Shown here: one piece after another, positions 19,844 through 28,871 of the stretch
Position numbering within the stretch: position 1 is the stretch's first letter
How the letters are laid out: the number at the start of each line of letters is the position of its first letter
Origin: Flavobacteriaceae bacterium
Lineage (GTDB): Bacteria; Bacteroidota; Bacteroidia; Flavobacteriales; Flavobacteriaceae
Length of the DNA: 64,000 nucleotides
Direction: 5' to 3'
NCBI GenBank assembly: GCA_041254175.1
Contig: JBESZM010000034.1
Location: 20,616 to 84,615, forward strand
Made by a program: the position numbers and the translations under genes
The notes under the pieces: model-generated
Seen by the model: only the letters and a program-made list of their open reading frames with translations
Told to the model about the DNA's origin: nothing
Databases searched by the model: none

Positions 19844-20275
19844 TTATGAACAAGGTATTTTTTCAATTCTTTTTTGGTGTCTTCCACCTTCAAAAGGAGT
19901 GGAAATAAACAGATCTACCATTTCGAGCGCTTGCTCTAGGCTGACAAACCTGGCTGGTATGCTAAGTATATTTGCGTCGTTGTGTTGTCTTGATAGTTTG
20001 GATATCTCTGCAGACCAACAAAGTGCCGCCCTTATTTTTTCGTGTTTGTTGGCAGTCATTGCTGCACCATTGCCGCTTCCACAAATGATAATACCCATAT
20101 CTACTGTCTTGTGCTCTACGTCCTGAGCGACAGGATGAATAAAGTCTGCGTAGTCAACACTTTCACCGTTATTGGTCCCGTGGTTGTGTAACACATGTCC
20201 TTTCTTTTGCAGGTACGAAACGATCGCTTCCTTTAAATCGACGCCTGCGTGGTCATTCCCAATTGATATATTCAT
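19844..20275 (-). CDS. rpiB: ribose 5-phosphate isomerase B
   Basis: 143 aa with the RpiB/LacA pattern (IGNDHAG, ICGSGNG). Confidence 0.9.
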   Translation of the reverse strand: MNISIGNDHAGVDLKEAIVSYLQKKGHVLHNHGTNNGESVDYADFIHPVAQDVEHKTVDMGIIICGSGNGAAMTANKHEKIRAALCWSAEISKLSRQHNDANILSIPARFVSLEQALEMVDLFISTPFEGGRHQKRIEKIPCS

Positions 20276-20773
20276 CTTGCTTTTTCTATAAAGTTAAAAC
20301 ATTCCTTTTGGCTGTTGGTTATTCTATTGATTATTTGTTGATAAGATTATCTTGTTCTCAGCGCTCTTTTTGAGGATAATTTTATTGATGCAAAACATCA
20401 ATTAATCCAACTTTAGTTGTTATAAATAATCTTCCGTTTATAAAGGTATTCTTCTTTCTTTTTAACATTAAAAATAGTCCTAAATCCATGAATTAATAAA
20501 CATTTGATGGATTTTAACGGTTGTTGATATCTGTTTTAATTTCTTCATTACCAATTTTTTAATATTAAAATAATGACTTATAAATCGTTTATAATATTCT
20601 TTTATTGAGTTTTAGATTAGTTTTTGACTAAACTTATTAGACTAATTCACAGCCTATAATAATCATCATTTTTATTTAAATATTAAAAAAACAAAATAAT
20701 ATAATTGTTAAGGGTTTTAATAAGTTGATTCACTGACAAGAAAAGAAAACCTAAATTTGCAAGAGATTAAAAC
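20276..20773. other. unusually long, very AT-rich non-coding region (candidate oriC/DUE or long rnr leader)
   Basis: 498 bp with no ORF longer than 11 codons and roughly half the GC of flanking genes by eye. Contains DnaA-box-like TGTTGATAA (20336-20344) and TGAGGATAA (20371-20379). Inverted repeats at 20384-20402 and 20482-20514. Confidence 0.5.
20752..20759 (+). promoter_or_regulatory. -7 box (TAAATTTG) for rnr
   Basis: Exact TAnnTTTG, 17 nt upstream of ATG 20777. Confidence 0.5.
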
Positions 20774-20776
20774 TTG

Positions 20777-22948
20777 ATGTCAAAAAAGAAAAAAACGGAC
20801 AGGAATATTCGAGGAAAAGTTCTTACAATTTTTAAGGAAAATCCTGGTAAGCTATTCAACTACAAACAAATTGCCGCAAAGCTTAATATCAGAGATACCC
20901 AAAAAAGAAATTCGGTCATCAAAGCTTTGGGGCAACTCAACGCACAAAAAATTATAGATCAAAAGAACCCGGGTAAGTATGTTTTGGTTGCCGACAAGAG
21001 AGATTACATCGAGGGGATCATAGAAATGACATCTTCAGGTAACGCTTATCTTCTGGTATCAGGGGAAGAAGAAGATATTTTTATCGCCCGCAGAAACACC
21101 AACAGATCACTGGATGGTGACCGTGTTTTGGTGTATCAAATTAAAAAAAGAAACAACGGAAAAAGAGAAGGAGAAGTTGTAGAAGTATTGGAAAGAACCT
21201 CTCAGGATTATATTGGTATTCTTGAGCGTAAAAAAGATTTTGGTTTCGTAAATACGCGAAACTCCAGAATGTATACAGACTTTTTTATTGAAAAAGAAGA
21301 ATTAAAAGATTTTATTGATGGAGACAAGGTTGTAGTTCATTTCAAGGATTGGCCAAAAAGAGCGTCATCCCCCTTTGGTAAAATTATAAAATCATTAGGA
21401 AAACCGGGAGAGCTCAACACAGAGATGCATGCCATAATGTTTGAGTATGGATTCCCCGATGCTTTCCCTGCTGATGTTGAGGATTTTGCTCAACAACTGA
21501 ATCTAGAAATAGACCCAGAAGAAATTTCCAGAAGAAAGGACTTTAGAAAAAAAACGACTTTTACCATTGATCCCATAACAGCAAAAGATTTTGATGATGC
21601 ACTTTCCTTTACCCCCTTGAACGACGGAAAAACAGAAATAGGCATTCATATTGCAGATGTATCACACTACGTTAAGCCCGAAAGTATTCTTGATTTAGAA
21701 GCTTATGATAGAGCGACTTCAGTTTATTTGGTTGACCGGGTTGTTCCCATGCTACCAGAAATTTTATCCAACGGAGCGTGTTCTCTTAGGCCCCAAGAGG
21801 AGAAATATACTTTCTCTGCCGTATTTACCGTAAATGAAAAAATGGAAATAGAAAAAGAATGGTTTGGGAAAACCGTGATACTTTCAGACCATAGATTTTC
21901 CTACGAAGAAGTTCAATGCATTTTGGACAGTGGAAACAAAACAGTAACTGCGGATGTATCTTTGAGCCAAAAAGAATATTCAGTATCCGAAGAGATTTTC
22001 GCAGCCCTCCAGAAACTGGACCATTTTGCCAAAATATTACGAAAGAAAAGAATGTCTAATGGCGCGCTTTCTTTTGACCGAGTGGAAGTAAAATTCAATT
22101 TGGATCATGAAAATAATCCAGAAAGTATTTTTTTTAAGAGTTCAAGAGATGCTCATAAATTAGTAGAAGAATTTATGCTTTTGGCCAACAAAAGAGTAGC
22201 AGAATTTATAGGAAAACAAAAACCAAAAAAACCTTTTGTTTACAGGGTACACGATTTACCCGATGAGGACAAACTGTCGAATTTAAAAATCATTGCAAAC
22301 AAATTGGGATATCAACTTAATCTGGAAACCAAACAAATTAATAACTCTCTTAACAATTTACTCAAAGATACCCATGGCAAAAAGGAGCAAGAGCTTATAG
22401 ATACTCTAACCATTAGGTGCATGAGCAAAGCGGTCTATACCACTGATAACATAGGACATTACGGTTTGGCTTTTGATTATTACACTCACTTTACTTCTCC
22501 TATAAGAAGGTACCCGGACGTTTTGGTGCATAGGTTATTAGAATTTTATTTGCAAGGTCATCAGAAAATTAATCCCCATGCGCTGGAAGAGGCGTGTATT
22601 CATGCTTCAAACAGGGAACAGTATGCCACAAAAGCAGAGCGAGATTCTATAAAATACATGCAGGTCAAATTTATGGCAGACAAAATTGATCAGTGTTTTG
22701 AAGGTGTTATTTCTGGCGTTACTGATCGTGGAATATATATAGAGATCATTGAGAACAAATGCGAGGGACTGGTTAAAATATCACAAATAGAGGGGGATTA
22801 TTTCGTCTATGATGAAAAGTCACACAGCCTTGTAGGAGAGAGAACAAATAAAGTCTACCAATTGGGTGATCCTGTTAGTGTTATTGTAAAAAAGGCAGAC
22901 CTTATCAAAAGACAATTGGATTTCATTTTAGGGAAACCAAAAGAATAA
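20777..22948 (+). CDS. rnr: ribonuclease R
   Basis: About 723 aa with an N-terminal HTH/CSD region, an RNB domain (IDPITAKDFDDALS, HYGLAFDYYTHFTSPIRRYPD) and a C-terminal S1 domain. Confidence 0.95.
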   Translation: MSKKKKTDRNIRGKVLTIFKENPGKLFNYKQIAAKLNIRDTQKRNSVIKALGQLNAQKIIDQKNPGKYVLVADKRDYIEGIIEMTSSGNAYLLVSGEEEDIFIARRNTNRSLDGDRVLVYQIKKRNNGKREGEVVEVLERTSQDYIGILERKKDFGFVNTRNSRMYTDFFIEKEELKDFIDGDKVVVHFKDWPKRASSPFGKIIKSLGKPGELNTEMHAIMFEYGFPDAFPADVEDFAQQLNLEIDPEEISRRKDFRKKTTFTIDPITAKDFDDALSFTPLNDGKTEIGIHIADVSHYVKPESILDLEAYDRATSVYLVDRVVPMLPEILSNGACSLRPQEEKYTFSAVFTVNEKMEIEKEWFGKTVILSDHRFSYEEVQCILDSGNKTVTADVSLSQKEYSVSEEIFAALQKLDHFAKILRKKRMSNGALSFDRVEVKFNLDHENNPESIFFKSSRDAHKLVEEFMLLANKRVAEFIGKQKPKKPFVYRVHDLPDEDKLSNLKIIANKLGYQLNLETKQINNSLNNLLKDTHGKKEQELIDTLTIRCMSKAVYTTDNIGHYGLAFDYYTHFTSPIRRYPDVLVHRLLEFYLQGHQKINPHALEEACIHASNREQYATKAERDSIKYMQVKFMADKIDQCFEGVISGVTDRGIYIEIIENKCEGLVKISQIEGDYFVYDEKSHSLVGERTNKVYQLGDPVSVIVKKADLIKRQLDFILGKPKE

Positions 22949-22958
22949 TTAGTTAATT

Positions 22959-23693
22959 TTGAGTAAACTCAACCCAATGAATATGTTTCGACCTTTTTTA
23001 TGTTTCATTTTTCTGACGGCCCTGTCCAATTCAACCATTGCACAAGAAACAGGACCGCAAATGGATTCCAATTATGAAAGACAACTGAATGTCAGAGAGT
23101 TCATCAATCTCAAAGTTTACTCAGGCATAGAGGTAAAACTCATCCCTGCTGATGAAAATAAGTTGCTGATCAGTGGAGAGGACCGTATGGATGTGGTAGC
23201 AAAAATCAAGGGTCATACACTCAAAATCCGACACTCCCTAGAACATATTTTCAACCCCACATTTACATATGTAGAGCTGTATCACACTGGCTTGTTGGAT
23301 GAAATCACATTGTATCAAGGAGCAAATTTAAAAGTGGACAGCACTTATCGTCAGACCAGTATTTCTCTAAAAGTGCAAGAAGGAGCTTCTATGAATTTTA
23401 AATTCGATGGAGAAAAACTCTCCTCAATAGTCAGTACAGGAGGTAAGCTTTTTCTTTCAGGAAAATCAACCACCCACCTATTATCGGTAAGCAGTGGAGG
23501 AGCTTGCGAAGCAGAAGTTTTTGAAACCGAACAGACCAAGGTCAATGTTACGGCAGGTGGTTTGGCTTATGTATATGCAACCAAACTTTTGGAGGCCAAA
23601 GTGACTGCGGGAGGAATCATTAGAACCTATGGTAACCCCAAGAAAGTAGTGACTAAAAAGGCTATAGGAGGGCAGATCTTTGAAATGAAATAA
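22959..23693 (+). CDS. head GIN domain (DUF2807) protein, secreted
   Basis: 244 aa with a signal peptide and repetitive beta-helix-like G-rich strands (GGKLFLSGKS, SGGACEAEV, AGGLAYVYA, AGGIIRTYG). The true start may be ATG 22977 or 22983. Confidence 0.6.
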   Translation: MSKLNPMNMFRPFLCFIFLTALSNSTIAQETGPQMDSNYERQLNVREFINLKVYSGIEVKLIPADENKLLISGEDRMDVVAKIKGHTLKIRHSLEHIFNPTFTYVELYHTGLLDEITLYQGANLKVDSTYRQTSISLKVQEGASMNFKFDGEKLSSIVSTGGKLFLSGKSTTHLLSVSSGGACEAEVFETEQTKVNVTAGGLAYVYATKLLEAKVTAGGIIRTYGNPKKVVTKKAIGGQIFEMK

Positions 23694-23697
23694 AAAA

Positions 23698-23715
23698 TCC
23701 CGTCCTAAAACGGGA
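23698..23715. terminator. hairpin shared by the GIN-domain gene and tRNA-Cys (bidirectional terminator candidate)
   Basis: TCCCGT-cctaaa-ACGGGA sits 4 nt after the stop at 23693 and 5 nt beyond the tRNA 3' end. An A-run precedes it on the plus strand. Confidence 0.45.
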
Positions 23716-23720
23716 TGAAG

Positions 23721-23791
23721 AGGCATCGAGCGGATTCGAACCGCTGTACAAGCTTTTGCAGAGCTCTGCCTAGCCACTCGGCCACGATGCC
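23721..23791 (-). tRNA. tRNA-Cys (anticodon GCA)
   Basis: Manual fold of 71 nt: acceptor GGCATCG/CGATGCC, D-arm GCC/GGC, anticodon stem GAGCT/AGCTT, loop CTGCAAA, T-arm AGCGG-TTCGAAT-CCGCT, discriminator U. No CCA is encoded. Confidence 0.95.
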
Positions 23792-23797
23792 ATGCGG

Positions 23798-23805
23798 CAA
23801 AAGTA
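23798..23805 (-). promoter_or_regulatory. -7 box (TACTTTTG on minus strand) for tRNA-Cys
   Basis: Exact TAnnTTTG ending 6 nt upstream of the mature tRNA 5' end. Confidence 0.55.
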
Positions 23806-23836
23806 CTAATTTTTAAGTTTTTTTAAGCCTTAGCCT

Positions 23837-24190
23837 TTATCCTTTTAAACAAACGCACACTTCCCTGACATCCCCACCTATAGGTGGATTTTGTTTGGCT
23901 ACCGAAACCTCTATACCTTTCACCTTGGGAAATTCTTCTAATATTCTGTCAATGATGCGTTGCGCTACGTGCTCCAATAACCGGGAACGAATTGACATTT
24001 CTTCTTTTACAATCGCATTGAGTAGGACATAATCCACTGCATCTTCAAGCAAGTCAGATTCTGCGGGCTTTTGCATATCGGTCTCTACCTCCAGGTTCAC
24101 AATATAGTCACTACCAATGCGTTCCTCTTCCTCCATGCATCCGTGGAATGCATAGACCCTGATATCGTTTAGTATTACTTTTCCCATCAT
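23837..24190 (-). CDS. folB: dihydroneopterin aldolase
   Basis: 117 aa with the FolB pattern (IRVYAFHGCMEEEERIGSDY, VDY). Confidence 0.85.
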   Translation of the reverse strand: MMGKVILNDIRVYAFHGCMEEEERIGSDYIVNLEVETDMQKPAESDLLEDAVDYVLLNAIVKEEMSIRSRLLEHVAQRIIDRILEEFPKVKGIEVSVAKQNPPIGGDVREVCVCLKG

Positions 24191-24201
24191 TGAGTTTACG
24201 A

Positions 24202-24209
24202 CAAATATA
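24202..24209 (-). promoter_or_regulatory. -7 box (TATATTTG on minus strand) for folB
   Basis: Exact TAnnTTTG, 11 nt upstream of ATG 24190. Confidence 0.5.
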
Positions 24210-24247
24210 ATAACGGTCTAATTATATTTAAACAATTAAGCTTTTAA

Positions 24248-24255
24248 TATCTTTG
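24248..24255 (+). promoter_or_regulatory. -7 box (TATCTTTG) for glnS
   Basis: Exact TAnnTTTG, 12 nt upstream of ATG 24268. It overlaps the TTG 24253 ORF-track start, arguing against that start. Confidence 0.5.
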
Positions 24256-24267
24256 ACAAAATTTCAG

Positions 24268-25935
24268 ATGTCAGAAAAGACGCTTAATTTTATTGAACAC
24301 ATCATAGAAGAAGACCTCAGCTCTGGGCTTTCTTCAAACCTACTAAGGTTTAGATTCCCTCCCGAACCCAACGGGTACCTGCACATCGGTCATGTCAAAG
24401 CCATTTGCCTAAATTTCAATTTAGGTAACCGATACAAGGCACCGGTAAACCTGAGGTTTGACGACACCAATCCCGCGAAAGAGGAAACCCAATATGTCCA
24501 GGCGATTAAAAAAGATATTGAATGGCTGGGCTTTCAATGGGACAAAGAATGCTATGCATCTGACTATTTTCCACAACTTTACGAATGGGCTAAACAACTG
24601 ATTAACAAGGGTTTAGCCTATGTTGACTCTCAAACTTCCCAGCAAATATCCGAACAAAAGGGCACGCCGACGCAGCCCGGGACAGACAGTCCCTTTCGCA
24701 ACCGTTCGGTAGATGAAAACTTAACCCTCTTTCAAGAAATGAGGGATGGCAAACATCAAGAAGGGGTTCATGTACTCAGAGCGAAAATTGATATGGCTTC
24801 ACCCAATATGCTCTTGAGGGATCCCGTTATGTATCGAATATTGTACAAAACTCACCATCGAACCGGAGACGACTGGTGTATTTATCCGATGTATGACTGG
24901 ACCCATGGAGAGTCAGACTTTATCGAACAGATCTCCCATTCCTTGTGTTCTTTGGAATTCAAGCCTCACCGGGAACTTTATGATTGGTTTCTAGATGCAT
25001 TATCCCCTCTGGATACCATCAGACCCAAACAAAGGGAATTTGCTAGGTTGAATCTTTCGTACACAGTGATGAGTAAGAGAAAACTAAAAGCCCTGATTGA
25101 TCAATCTTATGTGTCGGGATGGGATGACCCTAGAATGCCCACCATAAGCGGATTAAGAAGAAGAGGCTATACTCCCGAATCCTTACAAAACTTTGTCAAT
25201 ACGGCCGGGGTTGCAAAAAGGGACAACATTATCGATGTATCACTTTTGGAGTTCTGTGTTCGTGATCATTTGAACAAAATTGCCCCAAGGGTAATGGCCG
25301 TCATAAACCCGGTCAAGCTTACGATCAAAAACTATCCTGAGGGACAAACCGAAATGCTCAAAGCGGAGAATAATCCTGAGGATGAAAAAGCGGGTTTTAG
25401 AGAAATCCCATTTTCTGGAAGTCTACTCATCGAAAGAGAAGACTTTAAGGAAGAAGCGAACCGAAAGTTTTTCAGGTTGACCTTAGGTAAGGAAGTTCGA
25501 TTAAAAAATGCATACATCATCAAAGGAGAAGAGGTTGTTAAAGATGATGAAGGTAACATTATCGAGATCATTTGCAGTTATGATCCTTTGAGCAGGAGCG
25601 GTTCCGGTACTGAGGAAAGTCAAAGAAAAGTCAAAGGAACCCTACATTGGGTCTCCAAAGAACAGGCACACCCAATCAAAGTCAATATGTATGACAGGCT
25701 GTTTTCTGTTGAAGAGCCGGACAAAAACAAAGACGAAGACCCCGCCCAGTTTATCAATCCGGATTCTTTCAGTCAAGTAAAAGGTTATATCGAACCCGGA
25801 GTGGCCAACGCATCAGATGGAGACAAATTTCAATTTCAACGCCTCGGTTATTTTATTTTGGAAAGCAAAACAGCAAATGGTGTTTTGGTCTTTAATAAAA
25901 CAGTAGGCCTAAGGGATACCTGGAAAAAAAGTTAA
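24268..25935 (+). CDS. glnS: glutamine--tRNA ligase
   Basis: Class I motifs PEPNGYLHIGH (HIGH) and VMSKR (KMSKS), with a GlnRS-type C-terminal anticodon-binding domain. Confidence 0.95.
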   Translation: MSEKTLNFIEHIIEEDLSSGLSSNLLRFRFPPEPNGYLHIGHVKAICLNFNLGNRYKAPVNLRFDDTNPAKEETQYVQAIKKDIEWLGFQWDKECYASDYFPQLYEWAKQLINKGLAYVDSQTSQQISEQKGTPTQPGTDSPFRNRSVDENLTLFQEMRDGKHQEGVHVLRAKIDMASPNMLLRDPVMYRILYKTHHRTGDDWCIYPMYDWTHGESDFIEQISHSLCSLEFKPHRELYDWFLDALSPLDTIRPKQREFARLNLSYTVMSKRKLKALIDQSYVSGWDDPRMPTISGLRRRGYTPESLQNFVNTAGVAKRDNIIDVSLLEFCVRDHLNKIAPRVMAVINPVKLTIKNYPEGQTEMLKAENNPEDEKAGFREIPFSGSLLIEREDFKEEANRKFFRLTLGKEVRLKNAYIIKGEEVVKDDEGNIIEIICSYDPLSRSGSGTEESQRKVKGTLHWVSKEQAHPIKVNMYDRLFSVEEPDKNKDEDPAQFINPDSFSQVKGYIEPGVANASDGDKFQFQRLGYFILESKTANGVLVFNKTVGLRDTWKKS

Positions 25936-25936
25936 G

Positions 25937-26878
25937 CTATTCCCCTGCGTCTCCTTTATTCTGCTTCTTTTGATTTTCGGCTTTCATTGCTTCACCAATT
26001 TGATTGCTCGCAGTGAAAGACGCTACCATATTATTCAACATATCACTTCCTGCTTGGGGAGAATTGGGCAAGAGAATCAGGTTGCTGTTGGTTTCCTCCC
26101 CGATGGACTGTAAGGTGTCGTAGTGTTGGGTAACAACAATAAGGGCTGACGCCTCTTGAGAGTTGATTCCTACATTGTTAAGCACATCAACGGATTCTTC
26201 AAGCCCTCTGGCGATCTCTCTTCTTTGATCAGCAATCCCTTGTCCTTGAAGTCTTTTGCTTTCCGCCTCTGCCTTGGCTTTTTCTACAATCAATATCCTT
26301 GCAGCATCCCCTTCGTACTGAGCAGCGATCTTTTGTCGCTCAGCGGCATTGATCCGGTTCATGGCCGTTTTTACCTCTCCGTCGGGGTCGATATCCGTAA
26401 CCAGTGCTTTGATGATATCGTATCCATAGTTGATCATCGCATCGTTTAACTCTCCCTTTACTGCGTTGGCGATTTCGTCTTTCTTCTCGAAAACATCGTC
26501 AAGCCGCATTTTTGGCACTACCGCCCTTACTACATCAAACACATAGGATGTGATTTGGTCTTGTGGAAAGTCAAGTTTATAAAAGGCATCGTAGACATTA
26601 TCGGGCAGAATTTTATATTGAACAGATACTTTTAGCTTTACAAAAACATCGTCTTTGGTCTTGGTTTCCACAATTACATCCAACTGCAGAATCCTTAAAC
26701 TTACGCGTCCTGCAATTTTGTCAATAATGGGAATCTTAAAGTGTAAGCCGGGTTTCCTAATGGCAATGAATTTACCAAATCGTTCAATTACTGCAGAGGT
26801 CTGTTGTTTTACGACAAAGATCCCCGAGATCAGCAACAGTACGATTATAAATATAATTACATAAGTAGTTAGATCCAT
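25937..26878 (-). CDS. SPFH/band 7 domain membrane protein
   Basis: 313 aa with an N-terminal TM, an SPFH core (VVKQQTSAVIERFGKF) and a coiled-coil, Ala/Glu-rich C-terminus. Lies 6 nt downstream of gltX. Confidence 0.85.
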   Translation of the reverse strand: MDLTTYVIIFIIVLLLISGIFVVKQQTSAVIERFGKFIAIRKPGLHFKIPIIDKIAGRVSLRILQLDVIVETKTKDDVFVKLKVSVQYKILPDNVYDAFYKLDFPQDQITSYVFDVVRAVVPKMRLDDVFEKKDEIANAVKGELNDAMINYGYDIIKALVTDIDPDGEVKTAMNRINAAERQKIAAQYEGDAARILIVEKAKAEAESKRLQGQGIADQRREIARGLEESVDVLNNVGINSQEASALIVVTQHYDTLQSIGEETNSNLILLPNSPQAGSDMLNNMVASFTASNQIGEAMKAENQKKQNKGDAGE

Positions 26879-26884
26879 GATTTT

Positions 26885-28369
26885 TCAATTTTGGTGATTA
26901 TAAAACTTTTCAAGTCTTCTTAAAGTTACTTGATTTCCCAGTATCTCGCAAACATCAAAAATATCTGGTCCGCTCAAGTTTCCAACAATGGCCAACCGCA
27001 AACTTTGCATGATGGCTCCAAAAGGCAGTTTTTCATTTTCATTCCATTCTTGAATTTTGGACTTCCAATCTTTTACAGCAATTTCTTCTTTTACCATTTT
27101 GCAAAACTGAGCTACAATTTTTTTCGGATCGTTTTTCTGAATTTTATTCAAAACTTTGGAGTCGTATTCAACGGGGTCTTCCAAAAACACCTCAGATTGG
27201 CTTTTTAGTTCCTCGAGCAAAAATAATCGATCTCTCAGAAGGCTGTAGACAGCACTTCTCTTTTTTTGAGGCCATGAGCTTGGAAGGCAATCCATAAACT
27301 CAGGAAAACGCTCGAAAATCGTTTTTTGGTCTGTAAAACCCAAAAATTTATGATTGATCCACTTCGCTTTCTCAAAATCAAATTTAGCTCCCCCCTTCTG
27401 AATCCTTTCGGTGTCAAAAACTTCTACCAGTCTGTTCATTTCAAAAATTTCTTTATCCGTTCCGGGGTTCCATCCCAAAAGCGCCAAATAGTTCATGAGT
27501 GCCTCCGGCAAAAATCCCCTTTCTTTAAATCCCTCTGATTCTTCCCATGCCAAAGGAAAAACAGGGAAACCCAATTTTTCTCCATCACGTTTAGACAACT
27601 TCCCTTTTCCTTGTGGTTTTAATATCAATGGCAAATGCATAAATTCGGGTGCATCCCATTCAAAAGCATCATAAATTAATTGATGCAAGGCAAGCGATGG
27701 TAACCACTCTTCCCCCCGAATCACATGGGTGATTTCCATCAAATGATCATCAACGACATTTGCAAAATGATAAGTGGGCATGCCATCTGCCTTCATTAAG
27801 ATCTTGTCGTCAATTTCATCACTCTGTATTTCGATGTACCCTCTTACCCCATCCTTTACCTTTATGCTTTTACCCACATCCACTTTGAGTCTTATAACAT
27901 ATGGTATTTCATTTAGTAATTTTTCAGTTGTCTCACGAGGTAGGTTAAGAGCGTTCTTGAGATTCATTCTGTTTTCTGCTCCGTACTTAAAGGTTTCTTT
28001 TTGTCGTTCGTAATCTGCTCTTATCTTGGATAATTCCTCCGGGGTATCAAAAGCGTAATAGGCTTTTCCCTTTTCTATCAGGCTTTCAATATGCTTTTGA
28101 TAAATGTGTTTTCTTTCACTTTGGCGGTAAGGACCGAATCGTCCGGGTTTTGTAGGACTCTCATCAGGTTCAAGACCACTCCACTTCAGGGCATCCTCAA
28201 TGTATGCCTCTGCCTGATCCACCTTTCGATTTTGGTCGGTATCCTCAATTCTCAGCACGAACTGCCCCGTGTTTTTTTTGGCAAAAAGGTAATTGTACAA
28301 AGCCGTCCTTAGCCCTCCAATGTGAAGGGCACCAGTTGGACTGGGGGCAAATCTAACGCGAACACTCAT
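26885..28369 (-). CDS. gltX: glutamate--tRNA ligase
   Basis: RFAPSPTGALHIGG (HIGH-like) and KLSKR motifs. ATG 28369 is preferred because the -7 box at 28382-28389 lies inside the longer ORF. Confidence 0.95.
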   Translation of the reverse strand: MSVRVRFAPSPTGALHIGGLRTALYNYLFAKKNTGQFVLRIEDTDQNRKVDQAEAYIEDALKWSGLEPDESPTKPGRFGPYRQSERKHIYQKHIESLIEKGKAYYAFDTPEELSKIRADYERQKETFKYGAENRMNLKNALNLPRETTEKLLNEIPYVIRLKVDVGKSIKVKDGVRGYIEIQSDEIDDKILMKADGMPTYHFANVVDDHLMEITHVIRGEEWLPSLALHQLIYDAFEWDAPEFMHLPLILKPQGKGKLSKRDGEKLGFPVFPLAWEESEGFKERGFLPEALMNYLALLGWNPGTDKEIFEMNRLVEVFDTERIQKGGAKFDFEKAKWINHKFLGFTDQKTIFERFPEFMDCLPSSWPQKKRSAVYSLLRDRLFLLEELKSQSEVFLEDPVEYDSKVLNKIQKNDPKKIVAQFCKMVKEEIAVKDWKSKIQEWNENEKLPFGAIMQSLRLAIVGNLSGPDIFDVCEILGNQVTLRRLEKFYNHQN

Positions 28370-28381
28370 TATTTTTTTTGT

Positions 28382-28389
28382 CAAAGATA
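28382..28389 (-). promoter_or_regulatory. -7 box (TATCTTTG on minus strand) for gltX
   Basis: Exact TAnnTTTG, 12 nt upstream of ATG 28369. Confidence 0.5.
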
Positions 28390-28434
28390 ACATCAAGCGC
28401 TACCCTAATGAAATTATTTGTTTTTTCTTTGTTT

Positions 28435-28442
28435 TATATTTG
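28435..28442 (+). promoter_or_regulatory. -7 box (TATATTTG) for ybeY
   Basis: Exact TAnnTTTG inside the ORF-track 5' extension, 11 nt upstream of TTG 28454. Confidence 0.45.
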
Positions 28443-28453
28443 CAAAAAAAAGC

Positions 28454-28870
28454 TTGATTCGGTTTAACCACGATAATTTTATTACGCTTCCTGAAGCGGA
28501 TCTGCTGCAATGGCTCATGAGCATTGCAGTTCGGGAGGGTTATACTATCGAAGAAATGGAGTATAACTTTGTTGATGCAGATACCCTGTTTAGGCTCAAC
28601 AAAGAATATCTCAATCACGACACCGACACTGATATCATAACATTTGATTATTCTGATAGCAAGGCCATTAAAGCAGAAGTCTATATTTCCTGTGATGCTT
28701 TGAAAACCAACGCCGAAATACACGTACAAACCGCTGAAAGTGAGTGTCTTAGGCTTCTGTCACACGCACTTCTTCATTGTATGGGCTATAATGACAAGAC
28801 AAATGAGGAAAAAGAGCATATGCGTTTGAAAGAAGAAGATTGTATTAATTTGTTCCACGTGAAACACTGA
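28454..28870 (+). CDS. ybeY: rRNA maturation RNase YbeY
   Basis: About 138 aa with the HALLHCMGYND (HxxxHxxGxxH-type) zinc motif and DIITFDY. The start codon is uncertain (TTG 28454 proposed). Confidence 0.8.
   Translation: MIRFNHDNFITLPEADLLQWLMSIAVREGYTIEEMEYNFVDADTLFRLNKEYLNHDTDTDIITFDYSDSKAIKAEVYISCDALKTNAEIHVQTAESECLRLLSHALLHCMGYNDKTNEEKEHMRLKEEDCINLFHVKH
28851..28866. other. parS centromere-like ParB-binding site (16/16 consensus match)
   Basis: TGTTCCACGTGAAACA equals the canonical TGTTNCACGTGAAACA. It lies in the last codons of ybeY, 5 nt before the mnmG ATG. Confidence 0.8.
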
Positions 28871-28871
28871 T

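Noticed and set aside
20276-23791. A lower-GC block (AT-rich gap, rnr, GIN-domain gene) ends at the 3' side of tRNA-Cys, a layout that resembles a tRNA-integrated genomic island.
   Set aside because: There is no integrase, transposase or phage gene. I found no direct repeat of the tRNA 3' end in 20276-20773. rnr is a core housekeeping gene whose low GC is plausibly due to its Lys-rich (AAA) content. The GC estimates are only by-eye samples.
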